From positions 13,951 to 77,950 of the forward strand of contig JAJYTP010000004.1 of the NCBI GenBank assembly GCA_021792955.1: a stretch of 64,000 nt of DNA, in the 5' to 3' direction. Made by a program: the position numbers and the translations under genes. This DNA comes from an archaeon. GTDB lineage: Archaea > Thermoproteota > Nitrososphaeria > Conexivisphaerales > UBA164. Below, in pieces: positions 49,607 to 58,993 of the stretch; the first letter of the stretch is position 1, and each line of letters starts with the position of its first letter. The notes below the pieces were generated by a model that made no database searches, was not told the DNA's origin, and saw only the letters and a program-made list of their open reading frames with translations.

Positions 49607-50149
49607 ATGACCAGTGGGGAAGTAAAGGACGATAGTTTTAATTTCATCATCACCACATACCGCCATCATGAAGCCGAGGCAAGGGAAGAAGCCACCAGGC
49701 TAATTTCACAGTTCACAAGGAACGTCACGGTTAAGACCACCCAGATAAAGGGACTGCTGATCGGTGACAGCGATGTTGACCCAGTTGAAATATCCAGGCG
49801 CTTCCATAATATGATAACAGATGACCCCCTTTCCATAAGGTGGATACTTAGGTTCATTCCGATTCAGGCCAATTGCAAATCAAGCGTTCAGGAGGTGGAA
49901 ATAGCGGCCATTTCCCTGTTGCCCAAGCTGGATAAGCACCATAAGTTCAGGATCACAGTTGAGCGCCGTTTTTCACAGCTGGACCCCCAGCAGATAATCA
50001 AAGCTATAGCAAATCACATAGACAATCCTGTCGATCTTGAAGAGCCGGACGATATTATACTCATCGAGATTTTGGGAGGAAGGGCTGGCCTGTCCATAAT
50101 CAGGCCGGGCGATATATTTAGCGCGCTCAAGGCTAAACTGGGGCCATAG
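49607..50149 (+). CDS. THUMP-domain protein (Tan1-like)
   Basis: LRFIPI, FRITVERR and VDLEEPD.IILIEILG motifs. Confidence 0.85.
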   Translation: MTSGEVKDDSFNFIITTYRHHEAEAREEATRLISQFTRNVTVKTTQIKGLLIGDSDVDPVEISRRFHNMITDDPLSIRWILRFIPIQANCKSSVQEVEIAAISLLPKLDKHHKFRITVERRFSQLDPQQIIKAIANHIDNPVDLEEPDDIILIEILGGRAGLSIIRPGDIFSALKAKLGP

Positions 50150-50157
50150 CCACAATA

Positions 50158-51393
50158 CTATTCGTAACGGAGGGCCACTATCGGATCAAGCTTTGCTGCC
50201 TGACGCGCGGGTATAAAGCCAGCAATGATCCCTATGCCCACGGCCAGAATGAGCGTCAGGATGACCACTTCCGGAGAAACGACCGGCGCCACAAATGCAC
50301 TGAAGCCTATCCCCGATCCAGCGACCCCCCCTGAAGAGGCGCTTGATCCCCCCAAACTTATAAAGCTCAGCAAAAATGAAATCAGGTAAGAGCCGCCCGC
50401 CCCCAGCGCTATGCCGACCAATCCTCCGATTAAACCCATTATGGCTGATTCAGCTATAAATATCATTTCTATGCCCCCCCTGGTGAACCCAAGGGCCTTA
50501 AGTAAGCCTATTTCATGGATCCTCTCCCTTGTAGCGCTGAACATGGTCGTTGTAACACCAATCATGGCTACAATCAGGGATACGGCGGCTGCTGAAGTAA
50601 GCAACGCGTTCAGTATGCCGAGGATGCTATTTGCTATGGATATTATCGACTGCGATGTTATTACGCTTATCTTGTTCCCATAGATGTTTTCAATCTGCTT
50701 TGAAAGGGCGTTGACCTGACTTGAGGAGACCGCTACTGCAAGGATGCCATCGTAGCCGGCGTTGCCGGTGAGCTGCTGGCCCGTCGCCAACGGCACAATT
50801 ATACCCTGGTCAACATTTATGAATAGTGAAGTGCCGAACTGTTTAAGGGTACCGGAAATGAGGAAGCTCTTTGAAACCGTCGTCTGGCCCTGGATGACCA
50901 CCGTTATTGCCTCATTCAACTTGTATTTGGGGTAGTTCGTATTCTGTGGATTGGCGATGGAATACCCCACCGCTGCTTCAAATGTCTCCGTGGGCGCAGG
51001 GAAGCTTCCGGTATCGAGCTGGATGCCCGGAACTGCGTTGTTCAGCCCAGCCTGGCTTATGGCCAGCACCTGTACCGTTTCTGTTCCGCCTGGGGTTTTG
51101 ATCGTTCCAGGTATAGCATAGAACGGGTAGGCTCCCTTGATGCCGGGTATTTCTGATATCCTAGTTACGTAGCTTTGGGTTAAACTCGTCTGGCCGTTGG
51201 GTTCAATTATTATAGTGTTAGTACCCAGCCTCAGCAGTTGGGTGGTTATCTGCGACCCGAAGCCGCCGGTCACCGATGTAATGCCAACTATGGCGGCCGG
51301 CCCGATCATTATTCCGAGAATGGTCAGAACGGACCTGGTCCTTCTTTCCTTCAGGGCGCTGAACGCATAATAAAAAATATCTGAGAATTTCAT
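50158..51393 (-). CDS. MacB/FtsX-type ABC permease
   Basis: RSVLTILGIMIG, ERIHEIGLLKALG and PARQAAKLDPIVALRYE motifs. Confidence 0.92.
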   Translation of the reverse strand: MKFSDIFYYAFSALKERRTRSVLTILGIMIGPAAIVGITSVTGGFGSQITTQLLRLGTNTIIIEPNGQTSLTQSYVTRISEIPGIKGAYPFYAIPGTIKTPGGTETVQVLAISQAGLNNAVPGIQLDTGSFPAPTETFEAAVGYSIANPQNTNYPKYKLNEAITVVIQGQTTVSKSFLISGTLKQFGTSLFINVDQGIIVPLATGQQLTGNAGYDGILAVAVSSSQVNALSKQIENIYGNKISVITSQSIISIANSILGILNALLTSAAAVSLIVAMIGVTTTMFSATRERIHEIGLLKALGFTRGGIEMIFIAESAIMGLIGGLVGIALGAGGSYLISFLLSFISLGGSSASSGGVAGSGIGFSAFVAPVVSPEVVILTLILAVGIGIIAGFIPARQAAKLDPIVALRYE

Positions 51394-51412
51394 TTACGAC
51401 TTCGCACCGGCT

Positions 51413-52942
51413 TTACAGGGTCAGCTCCTGCTTGGATTTGGACCGTCTTCTCCTCATCAGGTATACGATAACCAATACCAGCACGACCAGTATCGCTATC
51501 AGCGTGTAAAAGGCATAGTTCGATTTCTGAGGCGTATGTTGAACCGGCTGTGTTCCGCTGATGACGGGCAAATATAGCGGATAAGTTACATTGTATGTGT
51601 TCCCCAGCGAATCCTGGTAGGTGTACAACAATGAAAGCTTATATGTGCCTGTGGAGGCGTCCGAGGGTATCGTGAAGCTTACGCTGAAGGGCGTCGGTGA
51701 ATCAGTGGGCAGGTCTCCGATATATGTTGACTGTGTGGGCTGTGCGATCTGCCCATTTACATATAGCGTGCCATAGTATGCCTCCTCCGTACCGCTGTTC
51801 AACAGTGACCCCGAGACGGTGAGCGTTGTTCCATTATAGGCGGCCCCCGATGTTGCGACGTTTGAGAAGCTCACTACGATGTCCCCAGTAAGGAGGATGT
51901 TGTAATCGAATGAACTGAACTGAGTTATATTATCCACCTTGTAACTTGCTTCGACTATTATTGGAACCGTAGACGTCTGTAGCGCCGAAGTTGGAATTAT
52001 GTTCAGGGTTATACTGGAACTGCCGCCGGCCGGAATGGCGCTGAGGTTAAATGGGCCTATCCCCTGCTGAACGTACAGGTTAGAACCGACGCTTAGGTCT
52101 ACGACGACATCTTGTAACTGGTTACCGCCGTTGTTCGTTAGCGTCAACGCCATGGAGTTATTCCTCTGGTAATATATGGTGGATGGCGTTAGCGTGGCGC
52201 TGACTCCCTGAATGCTTGTGATGGCTAAATATGTATAGTAAACTACACTGGTCGGAACCTGTCCCGTGCCCATGCTGTATGCGACGCCTATGGAGATCGG
52301 GTATAGCCCAAGATTCAGCGTGCCAGGCGCATAAATATCATATCTGAAAATCGCGGTTCCATTTGGAGCGAGGTAACCTAGTGAAGATGAATTGCCGGAG
52401 ACCAGCTGCAAGTAAGGGGACGCGGGCGTTACCGACAGGCCATATATGGTGGAGTTGCCGCTGTTTGTTATTTCAACCGGGAACGATGTGGAACCGCCGG
52501 CCGCCAGACTGGAAGATGGGGCCGTCACCTTTATCGATACTGGAGCGTTTATAACCAGGTCCAGGGTGGCGCTGGTGGCGCCACCACCTGAAAGAATCAC
52601 TAACAAATTCGCATCGTAGGTCCCAGGGGTGGCGTTGGTGGGTATGTTCAGGTAGAACGTCAGGTACCCAGTCCCCGCAGGCGCGGCATACGCGTATTCG
52701 CTTCCAGTGGAGCTAGTGATGGGCGTTGAGGTTAGCGTCAGCTCGCCATAGCTGATGTTAGTCGTTGAATTAAATTGAACCGTCAGGGGCACGTTTACCA
52801 TGCCCGGCGTTGCGTAGATCGGCGTCCCGATGGAACCCCAGGTGTAGTTAATCAGCTGGGGCGTTGAACTGGCAGCGAAGGCGCCAGTTATAGGGATAGA
52901 AAACAGCAGAAGCGCTAGAATGATCTTGACTATGTTCTTCAT
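51413..52942 (-). CDS. secreted Ig-like repeat / S-layer-domain protein (COG1361-like) with C-terminal anchor
   Basis: Signal peptide, S/T-rich beta repeats (ITNSGN, LLNSGT, YIGDL), C-terminal TM followed by RRRR. Confidence 0.8.
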   Translation of the reverse strand: MKNIVKIILALLLFSIPITGAFAASSTPQLINYTWGSIGTPIYATPGMVNVPLTVQFNSTTNISYGELTLTSTPITSSTGSEYAYAAPAGTGYLTFYLNIPTNATPGTYDANLLVILSGGGATSATLDLVINAPVSIKVTAPSSSLAAGGSTSFPVEITNSGNSTIYGLSVTPASPYLQLVSGNSSSLGYLAPNGTAIFRYDIYAPGTLNLGLYPISIGVAYSMGTGQVPTSVVYYTYLAITSIQGVSATLTPSTIYYQRNNSMALTLTNNGGNQLQDVVVDLSVGSNLYVQQGIGPFNLSAIPAGGSSSITLNIIPTSALQTSTVPIIVEASYKVDNITQFSSFDYNILLTGDIVVSFSNVATSGAAYNGTTLTVSGSLLNSGTEEAYYGTLYVNGQIAQPTQSTYIGDLPTDSPTPFSVSFTIPSDASTGTYKLSLLYTYQDSLGNTYNVTYPLYLPVISGTQPVQHTPQKSNYAFYTLIAILVVLVLVIVYLMRRRRSKSKQELTL

Positions 52943-53017
52943 TTTTATATACCATCTCCCCTACCGCTAAGACACGGAGATATAAACAGCGCGTGATAAT
53001 GAAGTGTTTTTACCATT

Positions 53018-53719
53018 TCACCATGCAACATTTTCTATCTTCTCCACCATTCCGTCCCTGATCCTTATGATCTTGCGCGTCATGTTAGCCAGTTCCAAAT
53101 TGTGCGTAACCATTATTACGGTTTTACCGGCCTCCTTGTTTATCTTAATAAGGGCATCCATGACCACCTTGGAATTTGTTGAATCCAGGTTGCCCGTCGG
53201 TTCGTCCGCCAAAATTATCTTGGGCTCTGCTACCAGCGCGCGTGATATAGCTACCCTTTGCTGTTCCCCCCCACTGAGAAATGTGGGTTTCTTGTTCCTA
53301 AGCCCCTCTATTCCGATTAGCCGCATACTCTGCATCGCAAGCGCCTCCCTCTTATCCCGGGGTATTCCACGGACCATCAACGGTATTTCTATGTTTTCTA
53401 TGGCCGTGAGCCGCCCTATAAGGTTGTAAGCCTGAAATATGAACCCTATGTATTTATTGCGGATCATCGAGAGCTGGTTATCGTCATACAGGCTTATGTC
53501 ATGTAAATTGATATATATCTTCCCAGAGGTCGGCCTGTCCAGTGCGCCCAGCAGGTTCAACAGGGTTGATTTTCCAGAGCCCGATGGCCCGACGATCGAT
53601 GCAAAATCCCCCTCCTTTATATCGAATGTAACACCATTGAGCGCTATTGTTGAAACAGCCCCTCCGTATACCTTGCTCACGTTTTCCAAGGCCATCACCG
53701 AACCTGCGCCTGGCGTCAT
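53018..53719 (-). CDS. LolD/MacB-type ABC ATPase
   Basis: GPSGSGKS, GFIFQ, LSGGEQQR, ADEPTGNLD and VTH motifs. Confidence 0.93.
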   Translation of the reverse strand: MTPGAGSVMALENVSKVYGGAVSTIALNGVTFDIKEGDFASIVGPSGSGKSTLLNLLGALDRPTSGKIYINLHDISLYDDNQLSMIRNKYIGFIFQAYNLIGRLTAIENIEIPLMVRGIPRDKREALAMQSMRLIGIEGLRNKKPTFLSGGEQQRVAISRALVAEPKIILADEPTGNLDSTNSKVVMDALIKINKEAGKTVIMVTHNLELANMTRKIIRIRDGMVEKIENVAW

Positions 53720-54062
53720 GTATTAATCACCTCTCATGACCTCTGTAATCGTTTCCTACATCATCGGATAAGCTGGACAATGACCCCACATTTTCGATCA
53801 CTGCAAAGCTCACAAGCCGCAGGCCATCACCGGCCGCGGTAAGTTGTGGCGTTTGCATAAAGCTAGCATATATCAAGCCTTTAATTCACCTATAAAAGAA
53901 GGGGAGCTGGGGTATGGTATAAAAGCCTACCGTGTTAACAATACGTTAGAAGTATGATATAAGCCCACGGAGAGCACGTTCCCGCCGCTATTCGCCCGGT
54001 GGATTAGTTCGCTGCGACGGAGCCTGCCCTTTTTCCTACACGCTAAAAATAGGGGGTGCGCG

Positions 54063-54335
54063 TCACAGTTTCACGTCTTCTATAGTTTCCTTGATCCAGT
54101 CTACAAGCCTGTGATACGCGTCGATGCCCTTTGGCGTCAGCGTTATCCTCTCCGCCCTTTCTTCATCGAGAACCTCAAGAACTAGCCCATGTTCAACCAT
54201 CCAATCCAGATATTCAATGAACCGCGGGTAATTTACCCCAAGGAGCATCTGTATGTTGGTCCTTTTCATTGGCGAGCCGGTCCTGTATACGATATCAAGG
54301 AATCGCGCCAACACGTACAGGTCCGGTCTTTCCAA
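54063..54335 (-). CDS. winged-helix DNA-binding protein
   Basis: KRTNIQMLLGVNYPRFIEYLDWMVEHGLV...ITLTPKG. Confidence 0.8.
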   Translation of the reverse strand: MERPDLYVLARFLDIVYRTGSPMKRTNIQMLLGVNYPRFIEYLDWMVEHGLVLEVLDEERAERITLTPKGIDAYHRLVDWIKETIEDVKL

Positions 54336-54348
54336 CTGTGATCATCCA

Positions 54349-55032
54349 TCAGAGGCTATCCATGAACTCTTTCTTTTTCTTTTCGAACAACTTTTTCTCC
54401 TCCTCCAGCCTGGACACGCCCTTAGCATAGCTCTTGTCTAGCTCATATTTGAAGTAAAACCATACCCCAACTCCGACAATTATATCCAACGGTATAAAAT
54501 GCACGACTATGACGGACAATATGAAAGCGGCTACGCCGAAGAGGATGGCGTCCTGATTCCGCTTTCTAATGGTCCTCGGAAGGATTTCTATGATCTTTTC
54601 GGCCGCCGCCAGCGCGTTTGCCGTTAGCTTTACACCACCATTTGAGTCTTTCATTTCTGCGATCAAAATTGAGAGCTCGTCCAGGTCGGGGGTCTTTTTC
54701 CTGCTAGCGATTATATAGCAGGCCATGCCGCTAAAGGCGCCTATAACTGCATAAATTCCAAACAGTATCAGTATTAGGGCCTGGTTATGAATTATATAGT
54801 ACGGCGTATATGTTATGACCAATAGGCCCACTGTAGCCCCCGCAATAATGGACCATGTTATCAATCCAGTTAGAACTGAACTTATGATATGGACGCGGTC
54901 CAGCCTCCTTCGTAAGAATGCCAACCATTTCTCTGAAATATTTATAACAGAATCCAGGCCCGCCGATACATCCGACAGCGCGGTGGTTCCGTTATCCTTT
55001 GAAGGTGTTTCCACAGGTCTAAACAGCGCCAT
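54349..55032 (-). CDS. hypothetical membrane protein (about 4 TM, charged C-terminal coil)
   Basis: Two pairs of hydrophobic segments; LEEEKKLFEKKKKEF tail. Confidence 0.75.
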   Translation of the reverse strand: MALFRPVETPSKDNGTTALSDVSAGLDSVINISEKWLAFLRRRLDRVHIISSVLTGLITWSIIAGATVGLLVITYTPYYIIHNQALILILFGIYAVIGAFSGMACYIIASRKKTPDLDELSILIAEMKDSNGGVKLTANALAAAEKIIEILPRTIRKRNQDAILFGVAAFILSVIVVHFIPLDIIVGVGVWFYFKYELDKSYAKGVSRLEEEKKLFEKKKKEFMDSL

Positions 55033-55208
55033 ACTGTGCTTAAAAGATTAGCGTATCAGGAGTACGTTCAGGCCCATTGATCTGGCAACCACCCAATCCA
55101 TGGGCAGTAATATCCTCCTCCAGCGAAGGCCGGATGCAGCTCAGGGGATCGTAATCGGGTATAGTATCTGGTGAAGAATATTAATAAGCTGATGATGCCC
55201 TAATTCCG

Positions 55209-55847
55209 ATGATCTTGATCAGGCTAATATTGTTCGATTTGGATGGAACGTTGATAGAATTCACCCTTGACTATAAGGCGCAAAGGGATGCCGTCAGATC
55301 GCTCGCAGGTTCCCTTGGAGTTAACCTGAAAACCGGTACCATTCATGATATGCTTAGCGAGTTCAGGGAGACCGCTCCCAATGATTACCAGCATTTCAAG
55401 TCCAGGGTATTTGAAGCTCTAAAAAAGTACGAGCTCAGCGCTCCCCCCGCAAATATGAGCGGGTCGACAGCCAGGTTGCTGCGCCGTTTAAAGGCAAAAT
55501 ATTTGATAGGCGTCGTAACAAATAATTGCAGGGAAATGCTTGATAGGTTCTTGAGCAGTTCGGCCGTCAGCTTTGATGTAAGCATTTCAAGGGAGGATGC
55601 TGGCGAACTCAAGCCCGCGCCCGACGCCCTATTATTGGCCATGAAAAGGGCTAATTGCACCGCCAAACAGACCGTCATGGTAGGCGATTCAATAATAGAC
55701 ATCCGGGCCGCCAATGCCGCCGGGATCAGGTCGATCGCGTACCTTGGAGGCTTCGGCTCGAAATCCATAGCTCTGGGCGGACCCGACTATATGATAGGCG
55801 AACTGTCGAAGCTGCCCTCGGTACTGAAAATGATGGACAGCGACTAG
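55209..55847 (+). CDS. HAD-family hydrolase (subfamily IA)
   Basis: FDLDGTL, VTNN, KPAP and VGDS..D motifs. Confidence 0.88.
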   Translation: MILIRLILFDLDGTLIEFTLDYKAQRDAVRSLAGSLGVNLKTGTIHDMLSEFRETAPNDYQHFKSRVFEALKKYELSAPPANMSGSTARLLRRLKAKYLIGVVTNNCREMLDRFLSSSAVSFDVSISREDAGELKPAPDALLLAMKRANCTAKQTVMVGDSIIDIRAANAAGIRSIAYLGGFGSKSIALGGPDYMIGELSKLPSVLKMMDSD

Positions 55848-55870
55848 CTAGGGCAAAGTTTTTATGAGCC

Positions 55871-56422
55871 ATGGACATCCACAGGATGTTGGACGAAGAA
55901 GACCTTAAGAGGCTAGCTGAAGTCAGGGGCTGGTTAGATGATAAGCTGAAGGAGCTTAAGGATGAAGAGCTTACCTATCTTACCCTTATGGCCATGATAG
56001 ATGAGAAACTGAAAAAATCAAGCTTCATAACGGCTGCGCAGCTGCCCACCGAAACCGAAGGCGTCCAGAGGGCACTAAGAAGCGCCAAGGATAACCTGCT
56101 CCTCGGGATGGCCTATATACTAAATGAAATAGCCACCATAGTCCCGGAGCAGCGGCTGATGCTGCACGTTGAAACACCGCCGTTTAAAAACTACCTGATA
56201 AGCAAGGTATTTGAGCCGTTGAAAGCCGAAAGGGTGACCGATGGAAGGCCTTTCAATTATATGATCGACACGAACGCCGACGGTATGATAACCAAGATCA
56301 AGGTTGAAAATTACGGTTCTCAGGAGAAGCTGAACGAAATACTCACCAAGGTCACGTGGACCTTTGGAAAGATGGCTGAAAATATGGCCAAGGGGTCCGG
56401 GCCGAAGGCCAAGCCGGCTTGA
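55871..56422 (+). CDS. hypothetical protein
   Basis: 183-aa ORF with N-terminal coil; co-oriented with the HAD gene. Confidence 0.7.
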   Translation: MDIHRMLDEEDLKRLAEVRGWLDDKLKELKDEELTYLTLMAMIDEKLKKSSFITAAQLPTETEGVQRALRSAKDNLLLGMAYILNEIATIVPEQRLMLHVETPPFKNYLISKVFEPLKAERVTDGRPFNYMIDTNADGMITKIKVENYGSQEKLNEILTKVTWTFGKMAENMAKGSGPKAKPA

Positions 56423-56459
56423 GCGCGTTAGCCTTCAGAACGTATGTATGCTTAAGCGA

Positions 56460-56774
56460 TCAGTGAGAACCCAGTATTAACACGGCCATCGCTATGCCGT
56501 AAATTGCAACCGCTTCACCAAGGGCTACCACTATAAGGGCGAACGTCCTTACCTCTGGCCTGTCCGGCCTCTCCCCTACCGTGGCTATTGCAGCTGCCCC
56601 ACCACCGCCTATAGCGATGCCGGCGCCGAGGGCCGCAAGCCCGAACGCCACGCCTGCGCCTATGGCCTTCCCAGTGAGGTCCGTCAGGCCTGACGCGGTT
56701 TGCGCAAAGGCGGGGTGTATGATGATGATGCTTAGGATGCCTATCAACTGTATTATGAAGATCTTCTTATCCAT
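56460..56774 (-). CDS. atpK: A-type ATP synthase proteolipid (subunit K/c) with N-terminal signal-like extension
   Basis: Gly/Ala-rich hairpin; LGEAVAIYG carries the ion-binding Glu. Confidence 0.92.
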   Translation of the reverse strand: MDKKIFIIQLIGILSIIIIHPAFAQTASGLTDLTGKAIGAGVAFGLAALGAGIAIGGGGAAAIATVGERPDRPEVRTFALIVVALGEAVAIYGIAMAVLILGSH

Positions 56775-56858
56775 TCCCTCAAATACTCCATAGCGCCAAT
56801 TTAAATTTTTCTATTACCCTTGCATAATTATCGCGCCGTTCGCCGGTGTGCATGATCT

Positions 56859-56984
56859 TCATCCGCGGAGCTGTAGCATATCCGTGTACCGCTTCTCCAG
56901 GTCCTTATACTCAGAGTCTATCCGTTTCCTATCGTCTTCATACTGATCCTTTACCCTTTGCTTTGAAACTTCAAATTGGTCCAA
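56859..56984 (-). CDS. 41-aa charged small protein within the ATP synthase operon
   Basis: TTG 56984 (4 nt after the atpD stop) to TGA 56859: MDQFEVSKQRVKDQYEDDRKRIDSEYKDLEKRYTDMLQLRG. Confidence 0.65.
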   Translation of the reverse strand: MDQFEVSKQRVKDQYEDDRKRIDSEYKDLEKRYTDMLQLRG

Positions 56985-56988
56985 GTCG

Positions 56989-57615
56989 CTAATCTGCGCT
57001 CCTGCCCGATATTGTCTTCTTGATCTTCTTAAGCCTTACCAGCTCCTCTCTATCCCTCTCTTCCAGTATGAATGTGATGGTGTTGATCGTCTCCTTATGG
57101 TCAGGCACCACCACCTTTTCGATGGACGTAGTCAGCCTCCTCGTCTTTTCAAGGTTTTCTGCTATCCTCAATAACAGGTCCTCAGACGCGGCGGCGGCGG
57201 CCAGCTTGCCTAGGGCTTCAGACAGCCTTTCCCTGGCCTCGTAGAATTTAATCGGCACATCGTTTAAGCTGAGGGCCGGTAAATCATGGTCAGCCATCTC
57301 CAGCGTATAATGGGTAACGTCCATAAGTTTGCGCCTGCTGGCGTTAACTTCAATATCCGGGATTGTAATGCTGGTGGCCGACTTGAACGCGGGCTCCCCC
57401 ATCCGGATCAGTGCAAGCGCAAACAGGTCGTACGCCTTCGCCAGGCCTTCGGAAGCCTCCTGCCACTTCTCAATTGAATCTAGGGTTGTTTCGTTCAGCC
57501 TCTTCATCAGCAGCTCCTTCTTGTCCTCGAGTATCTTGTATATCCTTTCGGTGGTGGCGAGCGTCCTCCTCTCCGTAAGAAGCCTGGCCTTTGTGGGAGC
57601 CCTGCTAAACGACAT
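56989..57615 (-). CDS. atpD: A-type ATP synthase subunit D
   Basis: PTK..L, LEDKKELL, KTRR...IEKVVVP and LEERDREE motifs. Confidence 0.92.
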   Translation of the reverse strand: MSFSRAPTKARLLTERRTLATTERIYKILEDKKELLMKRLNETTLDSIEKWQEASEGLAKAYDLFALALIRMGEPAFKSATSITIPDIEVNASRRKLMDVTHYTLEMADHDLPALSLNDVPIKFYEARERLSEALGKLAAAAASEDLLLRIAENLEKTRRLTTSIEKVVVPDHKETINTITFILEERDREELVRLKKIKKTISGRSAD

Positions 57616-57616
57616 G

Positions 57617-58993
57617 TTATGCTACACCATAATGTTGCTTGATCAGTTCGGGGCTTATCCTGTTAAGCTCGGACTCGGGCAGCTGATATAGCGTCTTCCA
57701 GGCGAGCTGTAGCGTCCTCTCCAGGTCCCTGTTTTCGTCAGGCCCCTGTTTCATGAATTCCTGCTCAAAGTGCTCAGCAAAATCCAGGTACTTCAGGTCG
57801 GCCTCCTGTACGCCCCCCTTTCCCACTATCTCAACCAGGGACCTTATTTCGCTGGCCCTTGAGTATGACTGATAAAGCTGATCGCTCACGGACTTGTGAT
57901 CATCGCGCGTCTTCCCTGGCCCAACGCCGTCCTTCATCAGCCTGCTCAGGCTCATTAGAACGTTTACCGGAGGGTAGATGCCCCGCCCGGACAGCCCCTT
58001 GTCAAGCACGATCTGGCCCTCCGTAATATACCCTGTGAGGTCAGGGACCGGGTGCGTTATGTCGTCCCCGGGCATGCTGAGTATTGGAAGCTGTGTAAGG
58101 CTGCCCTTCTTGCCCTTGATCTTCCCACACCTTTCGTACATGGTGGCCAGGTCCGTGTATAGATAACCGGGGTAACCGCGCCTGCTGGGCACCTCCTCCC
58201 TGGCTATGCTTATCTCCCTGAGCGCCTCCGCATAGTTCGTCATATCCGCCATTATCACCAGGACGTGATAGCCCTCCTCAAATGCCAGATGCTCGGCCGC
58301 GGTCAACGCTATCCTTGGCGTCACTATCCTTTCAATGGCCGGGTCCTCAGCCAGGTTGAGGAATAGCACGCTCCTTTTGAGCTGGCCTGAAATCTGCAGC
58401 TGTTTGCGGTAATACATGGCCACGCTGTTCGCTACGCCGACGGCCGCAAACACCACTGCGAAGTCCTCGCCGGTCGAAAGGGTTGATTGTTTTGCTATCT
58501 GAGCCGCCAGAACGTCGTGTGGAAGGCCTGCGCCGGAGAATATTGGGAGCTTCTGCCCCCTGACCAGGCTCAGCATACCGTCCATTACCGAGATGCCCGT
58601 CTGAATGAACTGGTCAGGGTAGTCCCTGACATAGGGATTTATGATATCCCCGTTTATATTCTTGGTCGCCTTTCCAAGTATCGGCGGCATACCATCCATG
58701 GGCCTTCCCAGGCCGTCAAATATCCTGCCAAGCAGTTCGTTTGAAACGGCGAATTCCAATGGCCTGCCCAGGAACTTGACCTTGGAGTTATTTATGGAGA
58801 TGCCCTCCGTACCTTCAAATATCTCCATAACGGCCATCGTATCGGTGACCTCCAGGGCCCTGCCCAGCCTCCTTTCACCATTATCCATTTCCACTTCAAC
58901 CAGTTCTTCGTAACCGAGCATCCCGTTCGTTTCAACTATCAGAAGCGGGCCCGCGATCTGCTTTACCCTGGAGAACCTGAGCGAACCGCTCAA
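57617..58993 (-). CDS. atpB: A-type ATP synthase subunit B
   Basis: [32 protein letters not shown] and [12 protein letters not shown] motifs. Confidence 0.96.
   Translation of the reverse strand: MSGSLRFSRVKQIAGPLLIVETNGMLGYEELVEVEMDNGERRLGRALEVTDTMAVMEIFEGTEGISINNSKVKFLGRPLEFAVSNELLGRIFDGLGRPMDGMPPILGKATKNINGDIINPYVRDYPDQFIQTGISVMDGMLSLVRGQKLPIFSGAGLPHDVLAAQIAKQSTLSTGEDFAVVFAAVGVANSVAMYYRKQLQISGQLKRSVLFLNLAEDPAIERIVTPRIALTAAEHLAFEEGYHVLVIMADMTNYAEALREISIAREEVPSRRGYPGYLYTDLATMYERCGKIKGKKGSLTQLPILSMPGDDITHPVPDLTGYITEGQIVLDKGLSGRGIYPPVNVLMSLSRLMKDGVGPGKTRDDHKSVSDQLYQSYSRASEIRSLVEIVGKGGVQEADLKYLDFAEHFEQEFMKQGPDENRDLERTLQLAWKTLYQLPESELNRISPELIKQHYGVA

Noticed and set aside
55140-55205. Fluoride riboswitch before the HAD gene (GCTGATGATGCCCTA)
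   Set aside because: The conserved 5' GGCGATGG..CGCC half is absent, and the segment lies between the TATA box and the start codon
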